DNA of 64,000 bases, taken from an uncultured Acidobacteriota bacterium (GTDB lineage: Bacteria > Acidobacteriota > Vicinamibacteria > Fen-336). Below, piece by piece: positions 13,610-23,719 of this stretch. The position numbers and the translations under genes were made by a program. Location: the NCBI GenBank assembly GCA_963742595.1, contig CAVUMT010000001.1, positions 3,946,482 through 4,010,481 on the forward strand, read 5' to 3'. The stretch's first letter is position 1. The number at the start of each line of letters is the position of its first letter. Below the pieces are notes generated by a model, which was not told the DNA's origin, did not search any database, and saw nothing but the letters and a program-made list of their open reading frames with translations.

Positions 13610-14699
13610 GCCGCGCGTCCTCGCCGCCTTCAGGATGACGACGCGGAAGCACGAGCCCTGCCGGCGCGGCACGGTAGACGAGGTCGCCGCCGCGGCTGCG
13701 CACGAGGCTGCGGGCGACGGCCAGGCCGAGGCCCGGTGCCCCGCTCGGGGTCGTCGTGAAGTAGGGCTCGAAGATGCGGGCGCGGGCCTCCGGGCACGCC
13801 GGGGCCGGTGTCGATGACGTCGAGGATCAGCGATCGGCCCCGCTGCGCGGCCTGGAAGCGTGAGCGTCCCGCCCGCGGGCATGGCCCGCGCCGCGTTCAT
13901 GGCCAGGGCCATCACCACCTGCTTCAGCGAGTCGGCGTCGATGCGGGCGGCGGGCAGGGCCTCGGGGATGCGCGGACTTCACCCGGATGCGGGTGAAGGC
14001 GGGATGGCGCTCGAGGAGCCGCAGCGCCGTGCCCACCGTGGCCGTCGAGGTCGGCGCGTGCGGCCGCGGGATCGGGCCGCGCGCGAGTCGAGGAGGAAGC
14101 GCACGATGCGCTCGCAGCGCTGCACCTCCTCGCGGATCAGGTCGCGGAAGCGGCGGGCTTCGCGCTGTCCTTCCCGCCCGGGCGTTCAGCGGCGAGGGAG
14201 GCGAGCGCCTCCGCGCAGCCCGCGATGCCGGCCAGCGGGTTCGAGACCTCGTGGGCGACGCCGGCCACGAGCTGGCCCAGGAAGGCGAGCCGGTCGGTGG
14301 CGATGAGCCGCATCTCGAGGGCGCGCTGCTCGGTGATGTCCTCGAACCAGGAGAGCACGTGGGTCACCTGCCGCCCCCGGCGCACGGGAAGGCGGCGCAC
14401 GTGGAAGAGCCCGCCGTGGGCCTCCGTCGTCTCCTCGTGCATTCTTCCCGGTGCGGAAGACCTTCGTCGAAGATCGACCGTGTCACGCGGAAGCCCGGCG
14501 GGAGGCAGCAGCTTCTTGAGCGGCTTGCCCAGCACCTTTCCGCGGGGCAGCCCGAGCGGCCCCTTCTCGCGCAGGCTGTTCCAGGCCACGACGCGCAGCT
14601 CGCGATCCACCAGGTAGAGGCCGATCGGGAATGCGTCGAGGAGCGCCGCGCCGAGCTCGGGGAGGCTCTCCTTGGGCCGGGACGCGGGGGCCTGGGCAC
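13606..14699 (-). CDS. Cytoplasmic PAS sensor histidine kinase (multiple frameshifts)
   Basis: PAS LLDAFPIGLYLVDREL; H-box AHEVSNPL; N-box LAMNAARAM; DTGPG/GTGLGL pieces; probable GTG start 10 nt after a TATACT box. Confidence 0.75.
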
Positions 14700-14724
14700 A
14701 AGTGCCAGAAGTATAGCCCCGTCT

Positions 14725-15531
14725 CTACAAGGTCTTCAGGTCGTCCTCGGTGAGCAGCATGCGCTCGATTCCGCGGGCCCGGCCGGTCTCGGGATCCACG
14801 TCCACCACCGCGGCCGCGAAGCGCGGATCGCCCTTGGCCGTCTCGAAGCGGCGTGGGCATCCCGGTCAGGAACCGCCGCAGGATCGGCGTCCTTCTCGAC
14901 GCCGATCACGGAGTCGTAGGGACCGGTCATGCCCAGGTCGGTGCAGTACGCGGTTCCCTTGGGGAGGATGCGGTGGTCGCAGGTGGGGACGTGGGTGTGG
15001 GTGCCCACGACCGCGGAGACCTTGCCGTCCAGCCAGTGGCCCATCGCCGTCTTCTCGGACGAGGCCTCGCCGTGGATGTCCACGATCACGACCTTGGCCT
15101 CCCGGCGGAGCCGCTCCACCTCCGCGAGGCCCAGCTTGAAGGGATCGTCGAGCGCTCCGTTCATGAAGACGCGGCAGCTCAAGGTTGAGCGTGGCCACGG
15201 GCACCCCCGAGCGCTTCGCCTTGCCGACGTGGGAGCCGCGCCCCGGCTGCCCCTCGGGGTAGTTGAGGGGGCGCAGGAGCTGGGGGATGAGGTCGATGAC
15301 CCCGATGATCTCCTTCTTGTCCCAGATGTGGTTGCCCGAGGTGAGGCAGTCGACGCCCGCGTCCAGGAACTCGTCGCAGACCTCCTTCGTGACGCCGAAG
15401 CCGCCCGCGGCGTTCTCCACGTTGGCGATGCAGTAGTCGATCTCGTGCTTGCGGAAGACGAGGGGAAGGGCCTTCGCGAGTATGGTGCGGCCGGGGTTGC
15501 CGACGACGTCGCCGATCACCAGGATGTTCAT
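14725..15531 (-). CDS. ymdB: YmdB-like metallophosphoesterase (TIGR00282 type; frameshifts ~15180, ~14890)
   Basis: [45 protein letters not shown]. Confidence 0.9.
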
Positions 15532-15618
15532 GAAATTAGTTGGACCAAGATGCCAGCCTAGCGTTCGCGCCGCACGCAGGTCAAATCGGCGGGGGGAGCG
15601 GGTTACAATCCGCCGCCC

Positions 15619-16869
15619 ATGGACCTCGCGGAGAAGCTCCTGGTCCTCGCGGACTCCGCGGCCGGGGACGGAGCGCAGGGGCTGGTCCGGGCCCTTCGCA
15701 CCGTGCTCGCGGAGATCGCCCCCTTCGACGCGGGCGAGGCCGTCCTCGTCTCGGGGGAGCGCTTCCTCCGCTGGCGCCTCGACGACCACGAGGGGGACCT
15801 GCTGGGCGCGGACGTCGTCCGGCACATCGGCGCCCTGCACGCGCCCCTGCGCTTCGACGACCAGGACGACGCGAAGGCGTTCCCGGAGACACACCAGGCC
15901 CTCGTGGCCCAGGGGATGCGATCGCTGCTCGTGCTGCCCTTCCAGGGTGGGGGGGCGCTCGCGGTGGCCCGGCGCTACGGCTGGGCGTTCGTCGGGGCGT
16001 CGATGCACCACCTCTGGCCCGTCCGCGGGATGGCGGGGATCGCGTTGCGGCAGGCCGTACTCCTGACCGGCCTCGCCCAGAAGGTCGAGGCGCAGCAGGA
16101 AGACCTGGAGAGGGCGAACGCCACCCCCGACGAGCTCAGAGTCCGCCTGGAGCGCGCGGAAGCCCGGGTGCGGGAGCGCGAGGGGCAGCGCGCGGCGGCC
16201 AACGCGGGGTGGGAGTCCACGCGCGCGGAGCTGCGCGAAACCGCGCGGTCCCTCGCCGCCGCCGTGGCGGGGGCGGCCTCCGCGCGGGAAGGCGAGGAGC
16301 GGGCGGAAGCGAAGGCGGCGGACCTTCAGCGTCGTCTCTCCGAGGAGACGGGCAAGCGCGAGGCCACGGAGGCGGACGCGCAGCGGCGACAGGCCGAGGC
16401 CGACGAAAAGCTCGGGCGGGCGGACGGGGAGCGCCAGGCCCTCGCCGTCGAGGTGGAGGCGTTGCGGCGGGAGGAGCGCCACGCACAAGGAGAGGCACGG
16501 GACGAGGCCGAGCGCTTGCGGGGAGAATCCGAGCGCTGGCGCGTCGCGGCCGAGGAGGCCCGCCCTCGCGTCGCGAGAGCGGAGGCGGAGCTCGCGGAGG
16601 CGCGAGGGGAGACGAAGCGCGCACGCGCGGAGACGGAGGACGCACACACCCGGGCGGCGGCCCTCCGTGAGGAGCTGTCCGCTTCGCGGCGCGAGGCGGA
16701 GGATCTCCGGACGCGCCTCGACACCGACCTCCCCGCGCTGGAAGCGGAGAAGAGGGTCCTGACGAGCGAGCTGAAGACGGCACGGGACGAGACCGCCCGG
16801 CTCCTGCACGCGGTGCAGCCGGAGACCCCTCCGAAGGCGCCGGTGGGAAAGCGGCGCCGGGGCCGCTGA
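15619..16869 (+). CDS. Hypothetical protein: N-terminal GAF-like domain + long coiled coil
   Basis: GMRSLLVLPF..ALAVARR GAF-like core; about 250 aa of A/E/R-rich heptads; intact ORF. Confidence 0.6.
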   Translation: MDLAEKLLVLADSAAGDGAQGLVRALRTVLAEIAPFDAGEAVLVSGERFLRWRLDDHEGDLLGADVVRHIGALHAPLRFDDQDDAKAFPETHQALVAQGMRSLLVLPFQGGGALAVARRYGWAFVGASMHHLWPVRGMAGIALRQAVLLTGLAQKVEAQQEDLERANATPDELRVRLERAEARVREREGQRAAANAGWESTRAELRETARSLAAAVAGAASAREGEERAEAKAADLQRRLSEETGKREATEADAQRRQAEADEKLGRADGERQALAVEVEALRREERHAQGEARDEAERLRGESERWRVAAEEARPRVARAEAELAEARGETKRARAETEDAHTRAAALREELSASRREAEDLRTRLDTDLPALEAEKRVLTSELKTARDETARLLHAVQPETPPKAPVGKRRRGR

Positions 16870-16885
16870 CCATGCGAGACCGGCG

Positions 16886-19252
16886 ATGATCGGCGAGACC
16901 CTTTCCCACTACCGGATCCTGAGCCGGCTCGGGGGCGGCGGGATGGGGGTCGTGTACGAGGCCGAGGACGCGCGCCTGGGGCGCCGGGTGGCCCTCAAGC
17001 TCCTGCCCGACGAGACGGGAAACGACCCGCTGGCGCGGGAGCGCTTCGAGCGCGAAGCGCGCGCCGCCTCCGCGCTCAACCATCCACACATCTGCGTGAT
17101 CCACGAAATCGGCGAGGACAAGGGACACTCCTTCATCGTGATGGAGCTCCTGGAGGGCCAGACCCTGAAGTACCTGATCGGCGGCAGGCCGATGCCGACG
17201 GAGCGGGTCCTGGAGCTGGGGGCGCAGATCGCCGACGCGCTGGAGGCGGCGCACGCCAAGGGGATCGTGCATCGCGACATCAAGCCCGCGAACATATTCG
17301 TGACCGAGAGGGGCCAGGCGAAGCTCCTCGACTTCGGGCTCGCCAAGCGGACGACGAAGCGAGCGACCACGGACGCGGACGCGATAACGATGAGCCAGCC
17401 CGCGACCTTGTCGCGTGAGGGGACGGTAGTGGGGACGGTGGCGTACATGTCTCCCGAGCAGGCGCGCGGGAAGGAGCTGGACGCGCGGACGGATCTCTAT
17501 TCGTTCGGGACGGTGCTGTACGAGATGACGACGGGTGTGCGGCCCTTCTCGGGGGAGAGCACGGGGGAAGTCTTCGAGGCGATCTTCACCCGGGAGCCGG
17601 TGGCGCCCGCACTTCTCAACTTGGAGGTGCCCGGGGAGCTGGCGCGGATCATCGCCAAGGCGATGGAAAAAGACCGCGGCCTGCGCTACCAGGGCGCTTC
17701 GGACGTGCGCGCGGACCTTCAGCGATTGCAGCGGGACACGACGGCGGGAGGGAAGACCGCGGCCGCTCCTGGTCCCCGGTCTCGCCGCGCATTCTGGCTG
17801 GGCCTGGGGACGCTCGGGCTCGTGCTCGCCGTGGGAGCGGGCGCCTGGCTGGGACGGCGTCCGGAAGCCGGCTTCGGCGACCCCGGTGCCGCAGGCACCT
17901 CGTCGATCGCAATCCTGCCCTTCGCGGACATGAGCCCGGGCAAGGACCAGGAGTACCTGGCCGACGGTCTCTCCGAGGAGCTGCTGAACAGGCTTTCCAA
18001 GATCCCGAAACTGCGGGTCACGGCTCGCACCTCGGCCTTCCAATTCAAGGGCAAGAACGAGGACCCCAAGGTCATCGGGCGGAAGCTCAACGTCGCCACG
18101 CTGCTCGAGGGAAGCGTGCGCAAGGCCGGCAACCACGTGCGGATCACCGCGCAGCTCGTGAAGGTGGCGGACGGGTTCCGTCTCTGGTCGGAGACCTACG
18201 AGCGCGAGCTCACCGACATCTTCGCGGTGCAGGACGACATCGCGCGCTCCGTATCCGCCGCGCTCGAGGTCGAGCTGCTGGGGAAGGACTTGCGGCCCCT
18301 GCCCTCTCGCGGCGGAAACGTCGAGGTCTACAACCTCTATCTCCAGGGCAACTTCTTCCAGCAGCGCCGCACGAAGCAGGACATGGAGATGTCGATCGCC
18401 TACTTCGAGCGGGCGCTCAAGCTCGATGCCGGCTATGCGCCCGCATGGTTGGGTCTGGCCGGGACCCGCACGCGCCAGGCGGACAGCGTCTTCATCCCCG
18501 TGGACGAGGGCTACCGGCTCGCCCGCCGGGATGTGGAGAAGGCGCTCGCCCTGGATCCGAGCCTGGCGGATGCGCACGCGATCCTCGGCTGGATCCGGAG
18601 GACCTACGACTGGGACTGGCCGGGCGCGCATGCCGCGTTCAAGCGGGCCCTCGAGCTCGAGCCCGGAAATGCCACGGTCGTCCGGGGGGCGGCAATGATG
18701 GCCTCGCCCCTGGGCCGCTTCGAGGAAGCGCTCGCCCTGGATCGGCGCTCGGTCGAGCTCGATCCCCTGAGCGTGCGTACGCACGTCAACAGCGCCCTCC
18801 ATTCCCTGGCCCTCCGCCGGCTGGACGAGGCGGAAGCGGCCCTGCGCCGGGCGCGCGACCTCGGCCCGGACTTCCCCACTCTCCACCTCGTGACCGGCCG
18901 GATCTTCCTCGCGCGGTCGATGCCGGAGGCGGCCCTCCGGGAGATGGAGCAGGAGAAGGACCCGTTCTGGCGCCTCCAGGGAATGGCTCTCGCGTATCAC
19001 GCCTTGGGGCGGAGGAAGGAGGCGGACGCGGCCCTCGCCGAGCTGCGGGAGAAGCACGAGGCCGATACCTTCCAGATCGCCGAGGTCTACGCCTTTCGGG
19101 GCGAGGTGGACGAGGCGTTCGAATGGCTCGAGCGCGCCTACGCGCAGCGCGACGGCGGACTCGCAGACATCAAGGGGGACGAGCTGCTCGAGAGCCTCGA
19201 ATCCGACCCGCGCTACAAGGCCCTTCTGGAGAAGTTGCGTCTCCCCCTCTGA
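16886..19252 (+). CDS. Hanks-type Ser/Thr kinase + TM + TolB-like + TPR repeats
   Basis: GGGGMGVVY, VALK, HRDIKPAN, DFGLAK, GTVAYMSPEQ; TM; SIAILPFADMS..DGLSEEL; TPR C-terminus. Confidence 0.92.
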   Translation: MIGETLSHYRILSRLGGGGMGVVYEAEDARLGRRVALKLLPDETGNDPLARERFEREARAASALNHPHICVIHEIGEDKGHSFIVMELLEGQTLKYLIGGRPMPTERVLELGAQIADALEAAHAKGIVHRDIKPANIFVTERGQAKLLDFGLAKRTTKRATTDADAITMSQPATLSREGTVVGTVAYMSPEQARGKELDARTDLYSFGTVLYEMTTGVRPFSGESTGEVFEAIFTREPVAPALLNLEVPGELARIIAKAMEKDRGLRYQGASDVRADLQRLQRDTTAGGKTAAAPGPRSRRAFWLGLGTLGLVLAVGAGAWLGRRPEAGFGDPGAAGTSSIAILPFADMSPGKDQEYLADGLSEELLNRLSKIPKLRVTARTSAFQFKGKNEDPKVIGRKLNVATLLEGSVRKAGNHVRITAQLVKVADGFRLWSETYERELTDIFAVQDDIARSVSAALEVELLGKDLRPLPSRGGNVEVYNLYLQGNFFQQRRTKQDMEMSIAYFERALKLDAGYAPAWLGLAGTRTRQADSVFIPVDEGYRLARRDVEKALALDPSLADAHAILGWIRRTYDWDWPGAHAAFKRALELEPGNATVVRGAAMMASPLGRFEEALALDRRSVELDPLSVRTHVNSALHSLALRRLDEAEAALRRARDLGPDFPTLHLVTGRIFLARSMPEAALREMEQEKDPFWRLQGMALAYHALGRRKEADAALAELREKHEADTFQIAEVYAFRGEVDEAFEWLERAYAQRDGGLADIKGDELLESLESDPRYKALLEKLRLPL

Positions 19253-19284
19253 CGAGGATCGAGCCGCGGCCTAGGCGGTGAAGT

Positions 19285-19312
19285 GAAACGGGAACGCGAT
19301 GGCGTTGTCTAA
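19285..19312 (+). promoter_or_regulatory. Putative ECF-sigma promoter of the CHAT gene
   Basis: GAAAC-N17-GTCTAA; same motif and spacing at 23004-22977 and 24595-24622. Confidence 0.6.
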
Positions 19313-19360
19313 GGCACGGGACGTATCGAATTGCAGCCATGACGAGCAGGAAGAGGAGCC

Positions 19361-22100
19361 ATGGGCCGCACGCTGATGCTGCTACTCGCCGTCCTGGCGT
19401 GGAACGCCGGCGGGACAGAGCCGGCCCCGCGGCAGACCGCCGCGGCTGAAGCCCAAGCCGCCCGACGGGATCGCGGAGCGGCTGGGGGAGGCCACGAGCC
19501 TCCTCGACCGCCGTGCGCACGCGGAGGCGCTGAAGATCCTCCAGGCGCTCCTGCCTGCGGCCGAGGCGGGGAAGGACGAGGCCCTGCTGGCCGAGACCAT
19601 CCATCAGACGGCCCGGGCCTATTACTTCGGCGGCGACTACGGGACGGCTCTCCCATTGTGGGAGCGCGCCCTCGCGATGAGCGGTGCCCTGGCGAACCGG
19701 CCCCTCCAGGCCCAGATCCTTCGCCACATGGGCCGGCTTCACGAGGTGACGGGGGCCTATGCCCAGTCCCTCCGCTGCAGCGAGCAGGCGGTGGGCGATC
19801 TTCCGGGACTTGGGCGATCGCCAGGGGGCTGCCCGCGCCTTGATCGGCATCGGGGCCGCCCTCGACATGATGGGTGACCACCCGCGCGCGCTCGAGGCCT
19901 ATGAGGAAGCCTGGCCGGCGCTCGAAGAAGCGGGTGACTCGGCGTTCTACCTGCTGCTCAACGAGGTCGCCATCACCTACAAGAACCTGGGCCGCTACGA
20001 GGACGCGTTGGCGTCCTACGCGCGCTCTCGCGAATGGAGCAAAAGGACCGGCGACAAGCTCGGCGAACCGCGCACGCTCAACAACATCGGCAACGTCTAT
20101 CTCCTCCTCGGGCAATACGAGAGGGCCATCGAGCAGTACCAGGAGGGTCTGGTCCTCTCTCGGGAGATCAATGAGCGGCGCGGCGCCGTCATCCTTCTCG
20201 GCAACCTCGCGGAGGCATGGAACCGGCTCGATGACCCTCGGCGCGCCCTTGGCTATTCTCGCCAGGAGCTCCAGATCGCCCGCGAGCTGGGTCTTCGACA
20301 CTTCGAGGCCGACGCGCTTCACGGCATCGCGGAGAGCGAGGTCGCGCTCGGAGACCTGAAGGAGGGCCGGACACACTATCTGCAGGCACTGGATCTCTAC
20401 AAGGAGATAGGAGCACTCGGAGGTGAGCAGGGGACTCGCCTTGCGCTGGCGCGCCTTGACCTGCAGGAGGGTCGGCCCGTCGAGGCGCGCCTCCTCGCGG
20501 AGCAAGTCCTGACCGTCGGGTCGGAGAGCCGGGCGCCCGAGACCGACTGGCAGGCCCGCTTCGTTCTGGCCCGGGCTGCGCGAGCCAGCGGCCGATCGGA
20601 TGAGGCCGTGGCCTCGCTACGTGCCAGCCTGGGCGTGATCGACGGCCTGCGCGGGCGGCTCCTCACGGACACCGGCAAGATCGGCTACCTCGACGCGCGG
20701 CACGCGGTGTCCCACGAGCTCGTCGACCTGCTCGCCGAGAGGGGGGACGCGGCGGCATCGCTGGAGGCAGCCGAGGCCGCGCGGGGCCGGGCCTTCATCG
20801 ACCTGCTGGCGGCCCGGCAGGTCGCGCTCCGGCCCTCCGAGGCCGCGTCACTCGCCGCGATTCGTGATGGCGAGGCCCGGCTGCGCGCCCAGGAGAACGC
20901 GCAAACCGCCGCCGAAGTCCTGGTCGCGGAGCTGGTCCGGACGCGAGCCGCCACGAAGCCGAGCTGACCGGCAGGTTGCGTACGCTTCGCGAGGAGCAAC
21001 CCGAGCTGGCCAGCCTCGTCGCCGTGGAACCCCTCACCTCCAGCCAGATCGTGGAGACCGCGAAACGGTTGGACGCCACGGTGGTCGAGTACCTGGTCAC
21101 GGAGAAGCGGCTCTTCGTGTGGGTCGTGCGACCCACGGGCGAGATCGCCAGCGCCACCGTGGACATCGGCCGCGACGCGCTCCGGGAGAAGGTGCGGAGC
21201 CTGCATGTCAAGCTGGGCGGCCTCGATCTCGAGGGTCTCAGAAATCCGGGAGCCGTCCGGCGCGACCTGGCGGACCTCTACAGAGTCACGCTCGCCCCCG
21301 TGGCTCGCCACCTCCCGTCGGACCCACATGCGCTGGTCTACGTGATCCCGCACGACGCGCTCTTCCTGTTGCCGTTCGCCGCCCTCGTCGACGAGCGCGG
21401 CCGATACCTGGTGCAGACCCACACCCTCGCCTCGGCGCCGTCGCTGGGCGTCTTGCAGTACACGGCCGAGAAGAAGCGGCGGGCGATCTCTCCCGAGGCG
21501 CCCCGGCTCCTCGCCCTGGCCGATGCCCGTCCTCCCAAGGACTCGGGGTTGGGCGCATTGCCCGGCGCGCGCGCGGAGGTCCAGCGAGTGGGACGGGGAA
21601 TTCCCGTCGACCGGCGGACGATCCTGGCGGGTGCGGCGGCCACCGAGGCCAGCGTGAAGCGATTGGGACCTGGGCAGACCATCCTGCACTTCGCGGTGCA
21701 CGGCCTGATCGACGACGGCCATCCGCTCGAATCCGCGCTGGTTCTCACCGAGGGTGACGGCGAAGACGGCTGGCTTCGGGTGCGCGAGGCCTTCGGCCTC
21801 GACCTCCGGGCCGACCTCGTGGTCCTGAGCGGATGTTCGACCGGGCTGGGCAAGCTCTCGGGTGACGGCATCCTCGGCCTGTCGCGTGCCCTTCTCTACG
21901 CGGGAACGCCCTCCGTGGTCGTGAGCCAGTGGGACGTGAGCGACCTCGCCACGCTTCACCTCATGGATGGCTTCTACGCCGGCCTGCGGTCCGGACGGAG
22001 CAAGGCACTTGCCCTGCGCGATGCGCAGCTCCGGACCCTCCGCCGCTATCCTCATCCGGCACTGTGGAGCGCCTTTCTGCTCGTCGGCGAAGCGCGCTGA
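19361..22100 (+). CDS. TPR-CHAT (caspase-like) protease with hydrophobic N-terminus (frameshifts ~19470, ~19800, ~20965)
   Basis: GAGGAG RBS; MGRTLMLLLAVLAWNAGG; TPRs (TLNNIGNVY); CHAT dyad ILHFAVHG and VVLSGCSTG; SQWDVSD; HPALWSAF. Confidence 0.88.
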
Positions 22101-22120
22101 GGTGAAGCGAGTGGCCGCCG

Positions 22121-22924
22121 CTACCCCAGCTGAATTTCGGACGGGACCTCTGGATTCATCAACGACGCGCCACCATCCGCGTAGATGACTTGCCCTGTGA
22201 TCCAGCCGGCCTGCGCTGAACAAAAGAGGGTGGCAACGTTGCCGACATCCTCAGGCGTTCCCAGGCGTCCCATGGGAGTCCACCCGCGCGCGTGCCAATT
22301 CCTGATGAGATCTTGCGCGGGCTGCGGCAGCGTGTTCAATACGCTGTCCTCGGTCCATCCAGGGCTGATCGCATTCACCGTGATGCCGCGTCTGGCGAGG
22401 GTCACCGCGAAGTAGCGAACGAGAGACTCCAGCGCCGCCTTGGCTGAACCCATGCCGACCCAGGGTTGCAGTCCGCCGGTACGGCTCCCTTCTGCGTAGG
22501 TGATGGCGAGGATCCTCCCTCCTTCGCCCATGAGGGAAACCGCTTCCCGAACCCCGACGAGGAATGCCTTCGCCTGCGAATCGAACGACGCATCCCACTG
22601 TTCGAGGGTGATGTCCATCGGCGGGTAGAAGAACGCGGCGGCCTCCGGCCGCGCGTTGCTGACGAAGATGTCGAGGGTGCCGAACTCACCCTTGACCTTG
22701 CGGAACATTTGGGTGATCTGTTCTGGGCGCGATACATCGGCCTGGACCACGAAGCCGTCCACGCCAAGCTTACGCACCCGAGCAAGCGTGTCGACGGCGG
22801 CCGCCTCGTTTTGGTAGTAGTGGATCGCCACCTTGACGCCGCTCGCCGCCAGTCTCAGGGCGATTCCTCTACCAATGCCACGGGAGCTGCCGGTGACCAG
22901 CGCGTGCTTTCCGTTCAGGGACAT
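22121..22924 (-). CDS. FabI/FabL-like short-chain dehydrogenase/reductase
   Basis: TGSSRGIG, ITY, WVGMGSAKAALE, NAISPG, ITGQVIYADGG. Confidence 0.9.
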   Translation of the reverse strand: MSLNGKHALVTGSSRGIGRGIALRLAASGVKVAIHYYQNEAAAVDTLARVRKLGVDGFVVQADVSRPEQITQMFRKVKGEFGTLDIFVSNARPEAAAFFYPPMDITLEQWDASFDSQAKAFLVGVREAVSLMGEGGRILAITYAEGSRTGGLQPWVGMGSAKAALESLVRYFAVTLARRGITVNAISPGWTEDSVLNTLPQPAQDLIRNWHARGWTPMGRLGTPEDVGNVATLFCSAQAGWITGQVIYADGGASLMNPEVPSEIQLG

Positions 22925-22976
22925 GTCGACCTCCTTCGAATGCGCGCCTCTGTTTCGGCAGCTCGTGCTTCAGCGC

Positions 22977-23004
22977 TTTGACAGCGGAGGAGGCGTTCTG
23001 TTCC
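22977..23004 (-). promoter_or_regulatory. Putative ECF-sigma promoter of the SDR gene
   Basis: Minus strand GGAAC-N17-GTCAAA, upstream of a GGAGG RBS. Confidence 0.6.
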
Positions 23005-23029
23005 GCGGTGGTACGAGTACCCGCGGCGA

Positions 23030-23719
23030 TCAGGGCCTGAAGCGGTAGACCGTCCCGTCCAGGACGACCAGGACGCGTTCGCCCAGGGCGGCGTAAGGGG
23101 CGAGGGCCGGGAGGCGGGAGAGAAGGGCGGACCGCTGGTCGGGACCGTTCACCTCCGTGATCGGCAGGCCGGCCGCCGCGTCGAAGCTGACATCGGTCCA
23201 CTCGCCGGCCGCGAGGCGAAACGTCTTGCCGGCGACCCGCCGGCCTGCCCCCCGCGTGACCAGGAGTCCCGGGTCGAGCGGGTCGACGCGCGGCATTGCG
23301 GCCCCCGGTGAGCTCGCCGGTGACGGCGCCATCTCGCTCGGCGGGGGCGGAGGGGAGATCGAAGCGCCTGGTGGCGTGGGGGACGGCCGGGTTTCTTCTT
23401 CGGGAGTGCCAACCCAGTTCAACCGGGTGACCGTGGCCACCGCGAAGACCAGGGCTGCCGCTGCCGCGAGCGGTAGCCAGCGGTGCAATGCGAAGCCGGG
23501 CCGTACTACAGGCATCGGCCGCGGGATCAGGCCGTTCTGGGCTGCGCGGGCGAGGAGGGCCAGGGCCTCGCGACACTCGGCGCATCCGACCAGGTGCGCG
23601 TTCAGGACCTCTCGCTCCCGGGGGTCCAATCGGCCCTCCAGGGATGCCGCCAGAAGGCCCGGGTCGTGGGGACTGCTCAAGGTCGCCTCCGGTTCATCCC
23701 GTGTCTTAGACGGTCTCAT
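23030..23719 (-). CDS. zf-HC2 membrane anti-sigma factor
   Basis: HLVGCAEC (HxxxCxxC), one TM (WLPLAAAAALVFAVATV), Pro-rich linker, C-terminal domain; ATGA overlap with the sigma gene. Confidence 0.8.
   Translation of the reverse strand: MRPSKTRDEPEATLSSPHDPGLLAASLEGRLDPREREVLNAHLVGCAECREALALLARAAQNGLIPRPMPVVRPGFALHRWLPLAAAAALVFAVATVTRLNWVGTPEEETRPSPTPPGASISPPPPPSEMAPSPASSPGAAMPRVDPLDPGLLVTRGAGRRVAGKTFRLAAGEWTDVSFDAAAGLPITEVNGPDQRSALLSRLPALAPYAALGERVLVVLDGTVYRFRP

Noticed and set aside
15532-15618. 6S RNA or other ncRNA upstream of ymdB
   Set aside because: The gap is only 87 nt and is accounted for by divergent promoter boxes.
16136-19057. 973-aa antisense ORF, and similar long shadow ORFs (47978-50623 +, 50504-53062 -, 8868-10556 -, 14866-16809 - beyond ymdB)
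   Set aside because: They overlap well-supported genes on the opposite strand or frame and show no motifs; long stop-free frames are expected at this GC content.
19361-22100. CRISPR type III-E (Craspase) locus
   Set aside because: No Cas7-11, other cas gene or repeat-spacer array in the window; only the CHAT/sigma logic is analogous.
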